The notes under the pieces: generated by a model
Seen by the model: the letters and a program-made list of their open reading frames with translations, nothing else
Told to the model about the DNA's origin: nothing
Databases searched by the model: none
Shown here: positions 27,500-40,658 of the stretch, piece by piece
Numbering within the stretch: the stretch's first letter is position 1
Layout of the letters: every line of letters starts with the position of its first letter
Made by a program: the position numbers and the translations under genes
From: Octopus sinensis
Lineage: Eukaryota
DNA length: 64,000 bases
Assembly: GCF_006345805.1 (NCBI RefSeq)
Contig: NC_042998.1
Location: 74,462,001-74,526,000, forward strand
Reading direction: 5' to 3'

Positions 27500-27771
27500 T
27501 CATTGCATAATTGCCAACAAAGTGTGGCGTCGTATATGGGGCAGTGCTACTGGCGTTTATAGCCCCAGAAATACATATCTTCCTTTTCTTCCTGGGGCTA
27601 TAAACGCGAATGGTACTGTCCCGTGTGGGGCGTCACACTTTTTGCCCATGACACTACATGGACCCTAAGTAAGGCATGTGTAAAATTTGAATGAAATTGG
27701 TTGTGTAGTTCTCAAGTTTTAGGGGTTCACACAGACAGACAGACACACATTCTCAGTTTTATATATATAGA
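27500..27771 (-). mobile_element. Non-autonomous Helitron-like (Lep1-type) element, 3' end not recognisable
   Basis: Minus strand starts TCTATATATATAAAACTGAGAATGTGTGTCTGTCTGTCTG. Internal perfect 16-bp inverted repeat at 27553-27568 / 27592-27607. No CTAG end seen. Confidence 0.5.
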
Positions 27772-27871
27772 TATATACGTACAGACCCATATAATATATA
27801 TATATATATATTATATATATTATATATATATACACACACACACACACAACACACGTATATATATATATCTG

Positions 27872-28109
27872 ATGTGACAATTATTCGGTAGCCATGATAA
27901 AACTCCGAGCTTTGGATGTCGGGGCGGTAACCCACGCCGGGATCTCTTCAGTTATCGGGCCATCGAAAAATAAACGAAACTCTATACATTCTTGAACAAC
28001 GTTTTTTTGTTCTTCCGATGGCCGGATAAATGAAGAGATGCCGCTGTGGGTTTCCGCCCCGACATCCGAAACTCGGAGTTTTATCATGGCTACCGAATAA
28101 TTGTCACAT
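27872..28109. mobile_element. Penelope-like terminal segment with inverted duplication
   Basis: 97-bp arms 27872-27968 and 28013-28109, roughly 88% identical by eye, 44-bp spacer; each arm carries a hammerhead motif. Confidence 0.7.
28025..28085 (+). ncRNA. Minimal type I hammerhead ribozyme motif (C3A lesion)
   Basis: Stem I GATAA/TTATC; core ATGAAGA (CTGAAGA in the other arm); stem II GATG/CATC; GAAA; stem III ACTC-G-GAGT; GUU site. Confidence 0.65.
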
Positions 28110-28325
28110 ATTATATTTACAGATAAATTCCTCTATTTACATAATATCGAGGTATCTTTCATTCTTTTGTCGCCTTGCTATTTCTATCACGTTCGGAGAT
28201 TTATTAATGCTATATATATATATATATATATATAGTATTGAGTCAAGACTATTGAAAAGGTTGCAAGACGCAACGAAAATTTAAGGAAAATAAAAATAAG
28301 AAATAAGTGGAAATTTTACCGGTGA

Positions 28326-28425
28326 NNNNNNNNNNNNNNNNNNNNNNNNNNNNNNNNNNNNNNNNNNNNNNNNNNNNNNNNNNNNNNNNNNNNNNNNNNN
28401 NNNNNNNNNNNNNNNNNNNNNNNNN
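28326..28425. other. Assembly gap (100 N)
   Basis: Run of N. Confidence 1.
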
Positions 28426-28581
28426 GAGAGAGAGAGAGAGAGAGAGAAAGGGAATTAGAGAAGCATGGAGAAGAAAACAGTTGAGAGTTGCATCAAAAAG
28501 GTGAAGATAACTTACTTGGAAACGGATACATCGCGTTCAATAAAATTATATAGATATATATATATATAATATATATATATA

Positions 28582-29838
28582 TGGATAAATGAATAAAATA
28601 ATGAAAACAGCTAGCATCACAGCATCATCATTTTGAAATTTATAAAACCGTCAAAAGCTTGTTTATTTTTATGTTTTTTGATTTATTATTAGTGTTGCTT
28701 AATATGTTTTGCTAAAATTGCTGTTTCTTTTCACATATCATCAGAAAAGGTAATTAAAATTCATTAAAATGACAAATCTATCGGACTTTCAAAGAGGTCA
28801 AATCGTAGGTACTCGTATGGCAGTCGCTAGCCTAACGAAAACAGCCGAAATGTTTATGTATCAAGACGTCTCGAAAGTGATGACAGCCTTTGAGAAACAG
28901 GGAAAAACTTCCTCGTAGAAACAAAACTCCAGAAGAAACCAAAACTTTCAGATAGGGACCGTCGGACTCTTACGCGAATTGCTAGAAAGGATCACAAAGG
29001 TACAGCTCCCAAATTACTGCAGAGCTTAATGACCACCTCGAGAACCTAGTTTCCACAAAAACTGTTCGCTGCACAAAACCGGATTTCACGGGAGGGCTAC
29101 AATCAGAAGACCACTACTTTCAAAATCAAACGTTGCAAAGCGTTTTGAGTGGAGTAAATACCTACAGAATTGGTCCCTAGACTAATGTTATTTTCTCGGA
29201 CGAGTCATCCTTTACCTTATTTCCAACCACCGGCCGAGTATACGTGTGGAAACAGCCAAAGAAGCATTTGACCCACACTGCCTTCTTCAAACTGTTAATC
29301 ATCACTACAAGAACTGTTAAACATGAAGAAGGATCTGTGATGATCGGGGTGGGTGGCTATATCTTGGAAATCCGCCGGCCCAATGGTTTCCCTTCATGGC
29401 AGAATTAACAGTCAAGACTATTTACATCTTTTATTTGATCAAATTCATCCTATGATTACGGAACTGTTTCAGGATGATAATGCATCAATTCCCACAGCTA
29501 AAGTTGTTACTGAATGGCACGAGAAGCATTCTAGTCAAGTTGAACATCTTATCTGACCCCCACAGTCCCTAGATCCCAATATTATTGAATATTTTTGGTA
29601 CATTTTAGAAAAACAAGTAAGTAGTCGATACCCTCCACCATCATCACTACAAGAACTGGAGACTGTTTTAACTGAAGAATGTACACAAATTCCTTTGGAA
29701 ACAATTGAAACTTTGTACGAGTCCATACCTCGTAGAATTCATGCTGTAATTACTGTCAAAGGGGGTCCTACGCCATATCAAAATAAATTTGTTTGAAATT
29801 TTAAAGTGCTTCCATTATTTTCTCCAAAACTCCTTGTA
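28582..29838 (+). mobile_element. Tc1-type transposon with DD36E spacing (Incomer-like); transposase pseudogene from 28769 to about 29800
   Basis: MTNLSDFQRGQIVG.., FSDESSF (D 29199), QDDNA (D 29476), *PPQSLDPNIIE (E 29587), IPRRIHAVI..GGPTPY. Contains stops and frameshifts. 3' TIR ends ...CTCCTTG+TA; the 5' TIR is decayed. Confidence 0.9.
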
Positions 29839-29889
29839 TATATATATATATATATATATTATATAATATATATATATATATATATACAT

Positions 29890-30180
29890 GCATATATGAG
29901 TACAGGACGTCACCAATGGTGCAAATAATGTGAAATACGTAAACAAACGAGGGAAAGATGGGTGAAATACAAAAACAGCGCAAAAAATAGGAAATAGGAC
30001 AAGTTAATAAAGAGAAACAACCCTTCATCAGTTGCCGGCTGTCTATTAACTACTTATTTTGATCATTCAACGACAATATGAGTCTTCTAAGACAGTTGCT
30101 CCCATAAATTCTAAAATAAAGGCTGGGAACAAAAATGACAGTGGAGGCATACAAGGAAACCGAACGAAAACAAATATGGA
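29890..30180 (-). mobile_element. Penelope-like terminal-repeat fragment
   Basis: Minus strand CTGATGAAGGG ... GACGTCCTGTACTCATATATGC; the latter is shared with 47400 and 48240. Confidence 0.45.
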
Positions 30181-31233
30181 GGGTCATTAGACCAGAACGA
30201 GAGGAAAGTAGTGGACGCTGGGAGAAACGTATTTTTAAAAAAAGAATAGATGGATGATACATATATACGTATACATACATACATACATACATACATACAT
30301 GTATGTGTGTATGTATGTATGTATGTAGAGACATTGTAGTTCTTTAGCGGGCTAAAAAGTCACATTCGATCACAGCACCAGTAATAGTTAAGCTTCGTGC
30401 AATGGCCATACTCGATAACGAGGGGCAGTCATAATAATGTATGTATGCATGTATGTCTGTGTGTATAATAAAGAAAAATGTAGTATAGAGGGATGGCGAA
30501 GCAATTAAGTTGGTAAAACAGAAGAAATACCCAGCAGATGCAAACACGTTTCATCCTCATCAGATGTCGACCAAATATCATCCCAAGTTCATACCATCAG
30601 ACAACACTGTCCAATTTGGCAGTGTCAGCCACAGGGGAATAAACGAACGGACACGACAGGCGAACAAGAACAGGAAAATTTAAAACAAGAATACTAAAAA
30701 AAAAAAGAAGTGTTGTCCTTCGACCGAACGGTAAATAGAAACATGCTATGGAAATAGGAAAAAATAAGAACAAAACCAACAAATAGACGAGGACAATATA
30801 ATGAAAACAAATGGAAAATGACAAAAAACAAATATACGTATACATAGAATCTCTTTCGGCTTAGCGACATATATACATACGAACATACGTACATACGTAC
30901 GTATGGATGCATGTACGTATGTATGGATGTACGTACGTATGCACACATTTATGTGTGTATGTACGCTTGTATGGAAATAAACTAAGTTGGTGAGTGTACC
31001 TTTGCACGCATGCATAGAAACTTGAAGATTCTTATACACATAAGCATAGACAAATATTTATATTTTTTTACACAGTTTTACCAATACACACACCCTAATA
31101 CACACGCTCGTACACATACACTTACACAACGGACACACGTTATATATATATATATATATATACACATGCACACACATATATGCAAATATATATATATAAG
31201 CATATATACACGCACACATATATAAGTACGAGC

Positions 31234-31272
<39 letters not shown>

Positions 31273-31841
31273 TTCACGTTATACATTATACATTAGCAGA
31301 GGATAATATCTCTTAAAATTAACTCTTCCATTACAGGCAAACACACACGCAATGTAACACAGCACGCGAACTTTCACTCTGTAATGGCCTTTATGAAGAC
31401 AGTTTGTATTCAGCTTCTATTTTCACTATATTTTATGTATTATGGTGCTAAACTTACAGCACATGTGTTTAATAGCTTTACGCCTAGTCTAAACAGCGAA
31501 GTTGAAAGGTAGCGGAAATTGTACCTGTATAACATCAAAATAGTTACCATTTACTGAATTATACACTTAAAACCTATGCATTAAATTAGCATTTTTATAA
31601 TGAATTGGAAATCATTTTCTGTTTATATTTAATGATTAATATTTATAGTTTTAGTTAACTTGTACACCAAAATGGCACGGCTCTGAGACATACATACACA
31701 TCTACACACGTACGTACATACAGACACAGGTACACGTATGATTGCATCTATATAAAATATATAAATACGTACATACTCATACATGTATATTCATGCATAT
31801 AAACACATATATATGTATTTATATATATATGTATATATATA

Positions 31842-31883
<42 letters not shown>

Positions 31884-32030
31884 TATTATATATGTATTTA
31901 TATTATATTATATATATATATATGTGCATGGTGTATATATATATATAATATATTATATGGATTTATGTATGTATGCTGTAATATATATCATAATATATAT
32001 TTATACACACACACGCATATATATATCTAT

Positions 32031-32081
<51 letters not shown>

Positions 32082-33276
32082 TATACACATATATATACAC
32101 ATACATACATAAATACTTGCATGCACACACATACACAGATGCATACATACATAGAATTATAAGCATGAAAACAAACATTGATAAAATCTTATCAGAAATT
32201 ATGTAAATGTAAATTATTGCTTCGAATAACTATCCCGTTCTTTTGAACAGTTGGGAGTCAAGGCAACTGGAAAAATCGATATTATTTCGTAGATTAGGAA
32301 TCAATAGTACAACTTTTGATGTAACAGCGCGTACACACATTTATGTCTATTGACATTTGTGTATAGTTTATACACGAAACATATAGATATATAAGTATGT
32401 ACATATGTGTATGTGCTCGTGTGTTTGTGCGTGTTTATACATTCTGTGCGGTACGCATGCGTTTGTGCGTGCGTGTTGTAATGTATGTATAAACATATTA
32501 CTAGTTTGCATACATACATATAAACATTATTTCGAAAATACATATATATTTTAGTTATAGGAAATCTTTGAATTTTTGTATTTACGAAGTTGACCTTTTT
32601 TTTTTCTACCAGAGAATTAGAACCCTAGCATGAAGTTGTGTTCAATAATTTAGGATTTGTTGAAGTTTAGCTTTGTATGAATGGTAAACAGAGATAACCG
32701 ATAAATGTTTGATGCAATGTACCCAGTCACTTCATTAGGTAGGGTGGAAGTTTGAGGTAGAAAATTGTGAAGTTAGTGGTTGGTTATTATATATGCAAGA
32801 TGAAGGAGACGTTTGTGTCTTTATTTTGCAAGAAGAGAGAAAGGAAAAGAAAGAGAAAGTGGGGGAATAAGAGATAGATAGATAGATAGAGAGTGTGTGT
32901 GTGCTGTTTAGGGTATCAAAGAGAACAAAGGGAACTGTGTGTATTAATTAAATAAAAAGAATATAAACTAAGAGTGACTGAGCTAAAAGAATAGAGAGAA
33001 AATATGAAAATGCGCCATGTTGCATCGGAGAAAGAGAAAAGGAATGAAATTAGGGGGCGAGGAGTGAGGCATGAAGTAAATAAATATATTCTGAATGTTT
33101 CATAGAAAATGAAGAATAATGCATACATACACATGCATCTGCGAACAAAAATATATACACGGGTAGACACCAACACACTCGGAGGAATGTTTACGTAAAT
33201 TTACAATTGCATAAGACCTTATTTACATATATACAAATATTCATACAAACATACTTATTTACATACATACATACAT

Positions 33277-33545
33277 TTCCTAAGTAACAATCTGGATAAT
33301 CTCTGGCTTTCAGAAAAAAATCAACCAACTCAATCGCACATTGCAAATAGTATCTGTTAAGTGGAAAAGTGAAAATATGCAAGTCTTTTCTCAAATTTAA
33401 AATATGATATGGTTTTCGTTGTCTACATTTCAACGATGGGGCTATTTATTTTTGTTAGAAACCAGCTCCTTCTCCAGTTGATTAATTTGAATAGTTAAAA
33501 AGAGAGCAGAACATACACTCTCACACACTAACTTAAGGAAAAAAA
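33277..33545 (+). mobile_element. RLE LINE 3' end in (TACA)n
   Basis: NLDNL..SGKVKICKSFLKF, plus a 3' UTR homologous to 39840-39910; flanked by TACA repeats. Confidence 0.75.
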
Positions 33546-33656
33546 CATACATACATACATACATACATACATACATACATACATACATACATACATACAT
33601 ACATAGCATACATACATATATACAGACATACGATATACAACCGACATTAGACATAT

Positions 33657-33832
33657 ATTACAACTACTGTTTGCAACATAATCAGTAAAAATATGCAAAT
33701 ATTTTCTCGAGTTCAAAATCGGAATGTTTCGTGTATGTTCCAGCAATGGAGCTATGGAACTTTGTATCTTTGTCAGAAACAAATTCCTTCCTCAGAGGAA
33801 GAATTCAAATAATCAAAAACAGAATAGTATCG
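33657..33832 (+). mobile_element. RLE LINE 3' end in (TACA)n
   Basis: VKICKYFLEF and the homologous 3' UTR ATCTTTGTCAGAAAC..CCTCAG..AACAGAAT, followed by TACA. Confidence 0.7.
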
Positions 33833-34209
33833 TACATACATACATACATACATACATACATACATACATACATACATACATACATACATGCATGAATGCA
33901 TACATACATACACGCACACAGATAATACATATATACATAAATACATACACGCACACACATACATACATACATACATACATACATACATACATACATACAT
34001 ACATACATACATACATACATGATGGCCGTCCACTCGTTAGCGAGGAAAGCCATTACTGACCTTTAGGAACATTGTGCGCTGAAGACTACCTTATACTTTA
34101 CAATCGCTGAACATACATAAATACATACATAAATACATACATGCATACATGCACACATAAATGCATGTATACATACATACATACATACACACATACATAC
34201 ATACATACA

Positions 34210-34395
34210 AATAAAGGAGGAAGGTGATTCCAAGACTACAGATCCAAGCCATCAGTGGAACTGTAGAAATCTGTAAAAGTTCCCGGAATCTTATCATTTA
34301 AGTATATATGCACATATCTAGACATGAAACTATAAGCATGAGAATGCATACAGAAAACAAAACATGCAAATCTTCACAAGAACTGAATCCAAATA
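34210..34395 (+). mobile_element. RLE LINE 3' end (second family)
   Basis: LQIQAISGTVEICKS; homologous to 40208-40478; preceded by TACA. Confidence 0.7.
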
Positions 34396-35506
34396 CCGTA
34401 TATATAAAAACATACACGTAAGAATAACCTGTTGATGTTGAAATTTAAATGGGGTAAACACACACACACATGTATAATACATACATCTACACACACATAC
34501 GTACGCATACACCTACGCACATATGTACACACACACACCACACACACACACACACACACATAATTATATATATAGAATGGTCTATATAATATTGAAGGAA
34601 CATAAATGGCTGTTTTAAATTTCTCGCTACTGTCTGCAGATTGTGCTCATTACAAGAAATATGCCAAAAATCGGTCGAGATCCAATATGGCTATCGATAA
34701 TTTGTGTGAAAAGTTGGTAAAAACAAGTGTAGAACAAATTATTTTAGAGAAGTGCAAATATATGAGAGGGGGCGACACAGCTATTCACGAACCAGATTAA
34801 GCTCCTTGGATTGTTTTGTACGTCAATATAAGAATCTTTGCAAAATGAAGTTAATGTAATGGATATGCAAATACACTCACGCGTACATAGATACTTCCAC
34901 ACGCACATGCAGATACGTACATACGACGCAAAAATACATATGCAAGTATATGTATATTGGTGTATATTTATATATGAATAATTTTGAAGGCACTATAGAA
35001 GCTATACAGAAAAAGGCTCTGAAAAACTGTTCAAAGTGTAAAAATGAGAAAGGGTGTGGAGAAAGTAAGATGATAAAATTAGATTTGCATACCTCCTGTC
35101 AAGGCTAATCTGGTAATGGTGTAATGTTATCACTAAGAAAGAATATATATCTCTACGTATGAACATTTACTAAAAATTTCCGTTTGCTGTTCAGACAACT
35201 TCCAGTGTTCTATAATATGAACGAAATAAGTGCTATTTCTGCTGATCAAAGCCAGCAGTTTCTTGATCCGTTGATTTATGGCTTCTGCCCGGCCAAGATC
35301 TTTCATTTAATGTGGTAGTTAGCATTTCTTACCTTTTGTTTGCAGGTGTGGTTGGCTAGCATCGTGGATTCGGTGGTCACGGCGCTGGAGAGTGCATTTT
35401 GCACCGAAAGTCAATATGAGAGTTTCTCTCATGGTAACTACCGCAGTATAGTTTGTTCTAACGGATCATCCATGTTTACGGGGGATATATATGCAAAGAC
35501 ATCACA

Positions 35507-35552
35507 AAAACTGTTACTCAGAGTTCCACGTTCCCGTTCGTCGGAGAGTTTT
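35507..35552 (-). ncRNA. Minimal type I hammerhead-like motif (C4 variant, A13G lesion)
   Basis: Stem I AAAACTCT/ACAGTTTT (7 of 8 pairs); CCGACGA; stem II ACG-GGAA-CGT; GGAA; stem III ACTC-T-GAGT; GUA site. Confidence 0.55.
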
Positions 35553-36017
35553 GATTGAGAATGGAACAAAAATAAGGTTATATTTATATTTATAAATATA
35601 CAATTACGTTGATAGGTACACATTTGAAATTGGTTTTGCTTCATTGGTCCTTTTCAACTAATGGTCTTTTCAATAACCGGTTATATGAAATTAAAAATTA
35701 CGATTTGAAATCATATTGCTTAAAATCGAAGAAAACCTCGGATGAAAACAAAAATCAGCTTTAGTAGAAAGAAAAAAATCCTGTATACTCAGGTAAATTA
35801 ATGAATGGTAAAATAAATTTAAATTAAAAAGATATATCCGTTTAAAATAATAACATTTACAAAGAACTAACATCATAAAAATACATATATATCTAGTAAT
35901 ACATAAACATACAAAAAAACTATATATACATATACACACTAAACATATAAGTGTTGGTACATGCCTACATACATATACAAACAAATACAGGCAATATACA
36001 TACATACATACATACAT

Positions 36018-36063
<46 letters not shown>

Positions 36064-36311
36064 GCATATAAAGGTATTTACGTACACACACACACACACT
36101 ACCACACACACACAATTATATAAATGCATATAAAGGTATTTACGTACACACACACACACACATACACACACACATAATACTTCTCTGTGTGTATTTCTAA
36201 ATATATAACCTAGTTGTTACGAGCTAGAGAAAGAAAACGAAAAGAAAATCAGAGAATAATAAGTGGTGGCAGAAGGAAAAAAGAAAGAGAAGAAAATTAG
36301 AAACAGAAAGA

Positions 36312-36369
<58 letters not shown>

Positions 36370-36495
36370 GATATATAGATAGAGAGAGAGAGAAGAAGAG
36401 AGAGAGAAATTTGTTTTATTGTCCTTCAGGGTAATAAAGACCCACATATATGTGCATGTATATATGCATGCATGCATGCACATGTGTGTTTGTTT

Positions 36496-36548
<53 letters not shown>

Positions 36549-36959
36549 GTGCACACATATACACATATACCTGTTTGAAGTTTGTGATTGAAACGATCAA
36601 ATCTACTTCATTTGTTGACCGTTACTCACAGCCAGAGCCATAAATGCTGAGCATGCATAAGCAGCCGTTAAAGATTTTATTGCAAAGTCATCCTGATCTC
36701 AAGTTAAGAGGATGAGATGGAGGACATATTTTGAATACATATTTCGATTAGGAATATATGAATGAGTACATGCATAAAAAACATGTATGATTTCAAATGT
36801 CGTAATTGTTCAATCCTTTAAGCACTACAGAATGTTGGTGGAAGCAGTGGAACTTTGGAGTACGAACTTTTTATGAGGTAAAGAGTAAGTTTAAAAAATC
36901 GTTAACTTTCAAAACCCCAAAAAACCAAGTATAACCATCCATATATCCATCTTCGCCCA

Positions 36960-37370
36960 CTGTTACCGGGTAGGCCGTGGGTTTAGAATACTCGATAGAA
37001 TCCTATCACACGGTTCCTTCTCTGATAGATCCTATCGGAAACAACCGTCATTAGACTTTCCTGTTTGATTCCCACGCTTGACCAACTGAGACTATGGATA
37101 TCATTCAACCGTCTCATTTTGGATCTAGCCCCAGATCTCCAGCCGGTTGGCTTGGTTTGAAGAATCCGTCTTGCGATTCCTTCCTGTGACATTCTAATTA
37201 CATGCGGAAAAATTGCGGCTCGACCAGGAGAGGTACCTTGCTCTTCGAGCTATGCACCTTGTCGGGTAACACTGCTTCTGAGATTCTTTGGAGGAACTTA
37301 ATTTTGGCCGCTTATATTTGCGATCGTACGCTTTCGTTCATTACCCAAAATTCATGACATTTTTCTATCA
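36960..37370 (-). mobile_element. RTE-clade (Rex3/Expander-like) RT C-terminal fragment
   Basis: HEFWVMNESVRSQI*AAKIKFLQRI ... HVIRMSQEGIARRILQTKPTGWR..RSKMR matches the RTE C-terminus. Confidence 0.75.
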
Positions 37371-37865
37371 ACCTCTTCTCTTTGGAGATTTGAATGCCAC
37401 GGTTAGTGCATTACTTTGGTGGCACCTGCACTTTTAATATCCAAAAATATCCATTGTTTTCTAAACTGTCTTGACATTGTATAAATCACAAAATGAAAAA
37501 TATGTAAATTTCTTCTTAACCACATTTTATATTTTAAGATTAAATAGAAAGGAAAAACAATTTTTTCGCCGAATGCTCAGAGCGGACAGGAGAATAAGGG
37601 ATACATTTTACACACAAAATAAATCGTTTTATTGAGTTGCACAGGTAACATGAAGCAACCCTATCAGACAATAAGTACTCAGAAGCTCTAAATATTTTTG
37701 AATATATAAGTAACATGAACTGACAAGTTTCTATAATCATATATTAATTGCATGTTCAGTAGATATAATATTCTTCATTGTGACAAAATATGAAAGACAT
37801 ACTTGATTTACGCTCCTACACACACAAACACACACGCAATATCAATAACATAAAATATTCCCTTT

Positions 37866-38078
37866 TACTATAGGTACAAAGACTGACAATTTTGGGGAAA
37901 GGGGATATTCAATTACATCGACCCCACCCCCAGTGTTCAACTGGTACTTATTTTATCGACTCCGAAGGATGAAAGCGAAAGTCGACTTCGGTGTAATTTG
38001 AACTCAGAACGTAAAGACGGACGAAATGCCGCAAAGATTTTGCCCGGCGCGGTAGCGATTCTACTAGCTCGCCGCCTT
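37866..38078 (-). mobile_element. SINE family 1
   Basis: Near-complete reverse-complement copy. Confidence 0.9.
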
Positions 38079-38535
38079 AATAGCATATAATATCATTAAC
38101 AGAGAGGGAGAGAAAGAGAGAGAGAGAGAGAGGGAGAGAAGCAGACAGAGTGAGAGGGGTGAGATTGTAGGGATGAAAGTTCAGAATGTAAACGGAGCTA
38201 ACCAAATACCTCAAGATTTTGTGAGCAACGCTCTACCGATTCTGCTATCCGCCAGTCAATATACACACACAATACATCAGCCGCACATACTTACCTACCT
38301 GGTTACCTACCTACCTACCTACCTACCTATACCTACCTACCTACCTACCTACCTACATACATACATACATACATACATACATACATACATAAATACATAC
38401 ATACATAAATACATACATACATACATACATACATACATACACACATACATACATACATACATACATACATACATACATACATACTTACATACATACATAC
38501 TAACAGACATGCATATTCACATACGTATACATATA

Positions 38536-38751
38536 TATGAAGGTGTGCTGAAAAGTTCCTGGCTTTGAGTAAAAGAAAGTACAGGAGAATCAGTTAATTA
38601 TGGTTTTATTCAACATTCCCCTCACAGATTCATACACTTATTCCAGCGGTTCTTCAGTCTTTAAGCCCCGTAAAAGAACTCGGAAGGTTGGGCCTCCACC
38701 CAGACCTTTCGCGACACCCTTAACACCGGGAACTTTCAGCACCCCTTCGTA
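38536..38751. mobile_element. Mariner-type MITE (copy 2 of 3)
   Basis: TATGAAGGTGTGCTGAAAAGTTCC ... GGAACTTTCAGCACCCCTTCGTA, TA at both ends. Confidence 0.85.
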
Positions 38752-38859
38752 TACATACATACATGCATACATACATACATACATACATACATACATACAT
38801 ACATACATACATACATACATACATACATACATGCATACATACATACATACATACATACA

Positions 38860-39910
38860 CCTGCTAAACAACAACAGCAAAAAATATATATATTAATGCA
38901 GTCATGAAAAGTGAAGTGAGCAACATTGTACGAGTTGGCAGTAAACTCCTCAAGAAACACTTTCTTCCCGATGATCTCCTATACACCCACCAAACAGCCT
39001 TCTCTTACTTCAGAGAAGACCTGGATGGAAAGCACTCAGCAAAAAAAAAAAAAAAAAGAAAAAGCCCAGAAGCTTGAAGAAGACAGTAGAATTGACACGA
39101 AGCGCAGCCTCTCTTGGACACAAGACCACCACAACACACCACACTTTGAAGGCTATGCGTTTGCAACACAGGAACAGGAGATTGCCACAAAGTACTTAGT
39201 GAACAAGAGAGACAGTGACGCTCTTGTAACCCCAAGGCGCAATCGCATGTGTAGGCTATGTCATATTTCTGTGATTAGCAGCTGTCACGGTACTACCTCC
39301 CTAAGCAGCACGATGTTGTTGCTAAAACAATTTACAATGCCATCCGCAAAAAAGACTGTCCTGAAATAAACTTAGAAAATCCCTGTGTTATGGAATACAT
39401 TCATAAACACCAACTCAAGGATTACAGGTGGAATATTCCCATCAAAATTTCTATCATATGTAAGCATAACGGGCTGGATACTGTTGTTTGGGACAAAGGG
39501 CCAAACGCATGTACCATCATAGAGGTTAGCTGCCCTGCAGATATCAGTATCTCTTTGTAAATGAAAAAAGAGGATATCTATGGACAACTGCTTCGAAACC
39601 TCCAGCTTCTATATCCAGACTATGAATTCATATTCATACTAATAATAATTGGAGCACTAGCTTTAGTTAGTAAATGCTTAAAGGAAAATCTGGATAAATT
39701 GGGATTTTCAAAAAGAGAAATTGACCGGCTGATTCGTATATTACAAGCCCAGTCTGTGAGTGGAATAGTAAAAAATGCAAGACTTTTCTCAAGTTCCAAA
39801 CGTGAATTTGTCTGTGTTAACTATATCTCAAAGATGTAACCTTGTATCTTTGTTGGAAACCGGCTCCCTCCTCAGTGGAATGTTTATAATAATTAAAAAA
39901 ACAGAAGAGA
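38860..39910 (+). mobile_element. RLE (R4/Dong-like) LINE, about 1 kb 3' portion, inactive
   Basis: HFEGYAFATQEQEIATKYL..CRLC..ISSC (knuckle partly deleted), HDVVAKTIYNAIRK, KHNGLD(=RPD)..IIEVSCP..YGQLLRNLQLLYPDY..IIIGAL; contains frameshifts and stops. Confidence 0.9.
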
Positions 39911-39931
39911 TACACACACACAAACACACAC

Positions 39932-39991
<60 letters not shown>

Positions 39992-40207
39992 GGGTTGTCC
40001 AGAAAGTTTATGTCAATTTTTAGTCGTTCATGTTCCAACACGTTAGAATACGTCAAAATTTATCTTATAAATTTATCTTAACATAATTACATTTCCGGGT
40101 AGCGCAGAATTCAAACGTAAAATAAAACGATTCAAAGCCAGTGATGTGTAACATCATGAGATAGACTGGTCGCTTATATGATTACGTGACATACGTACGT
40201 ATACACA

Positions 40208-40478
40208 CTGAGCTATTGAGAAATCTACAGTTACTCTATCCAGATTACAAGTTAAGGTTTATACCTGTAATTATTGGAGGAATGGGATGTGTAACAGACT
40301 GCTTAAATACCAATCTTGAGGAATTAGGCTTCTCAAAATCAGAAAGGAGAAGGTTGATGCAAGCCATCATTGGAACTGTAAAAGTCTGTAAATCTTTCCA
40401 GAAGTTGATCATGCATGTCTAGATATGCAAGAGATATGCATGAGAAGACATACATAAAACAGAACGTACAAATCTGCA
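40208..40478 (+). mobile_element. RLE LINE 3' end (second family) followed by (CATA)n
   Basis: ELLRNLQLLYPDYKLRFIPVIIGGMG..GTVKVCKSF. Confidence 0.85.
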
Positions 40479-40658
40479 CATACATACATACATACATACA
40501 TACATACATACATACATACATACATACATACATACATACATAATACATCCATACATACATACATACATACCTACATACATCCATCCATACATCTATCCAT
40601 ACATACATACATACATACATACATACATACATACATACATACATACATACATACATAC

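Noticed and set aside
30541-30572. CTGATGA..GAAACGT on the minus strand as a further hammerhead
   Set aside because: Stem II and stem I do not pair, and position 17 is G.
36629-36691. 63-nt open minus-strand exon (DDFAIKSLTAAYACSAFMALA) with a GTGAGT donor
   Set aside because: The acceptor is poor, and there is no homology or partner exon.
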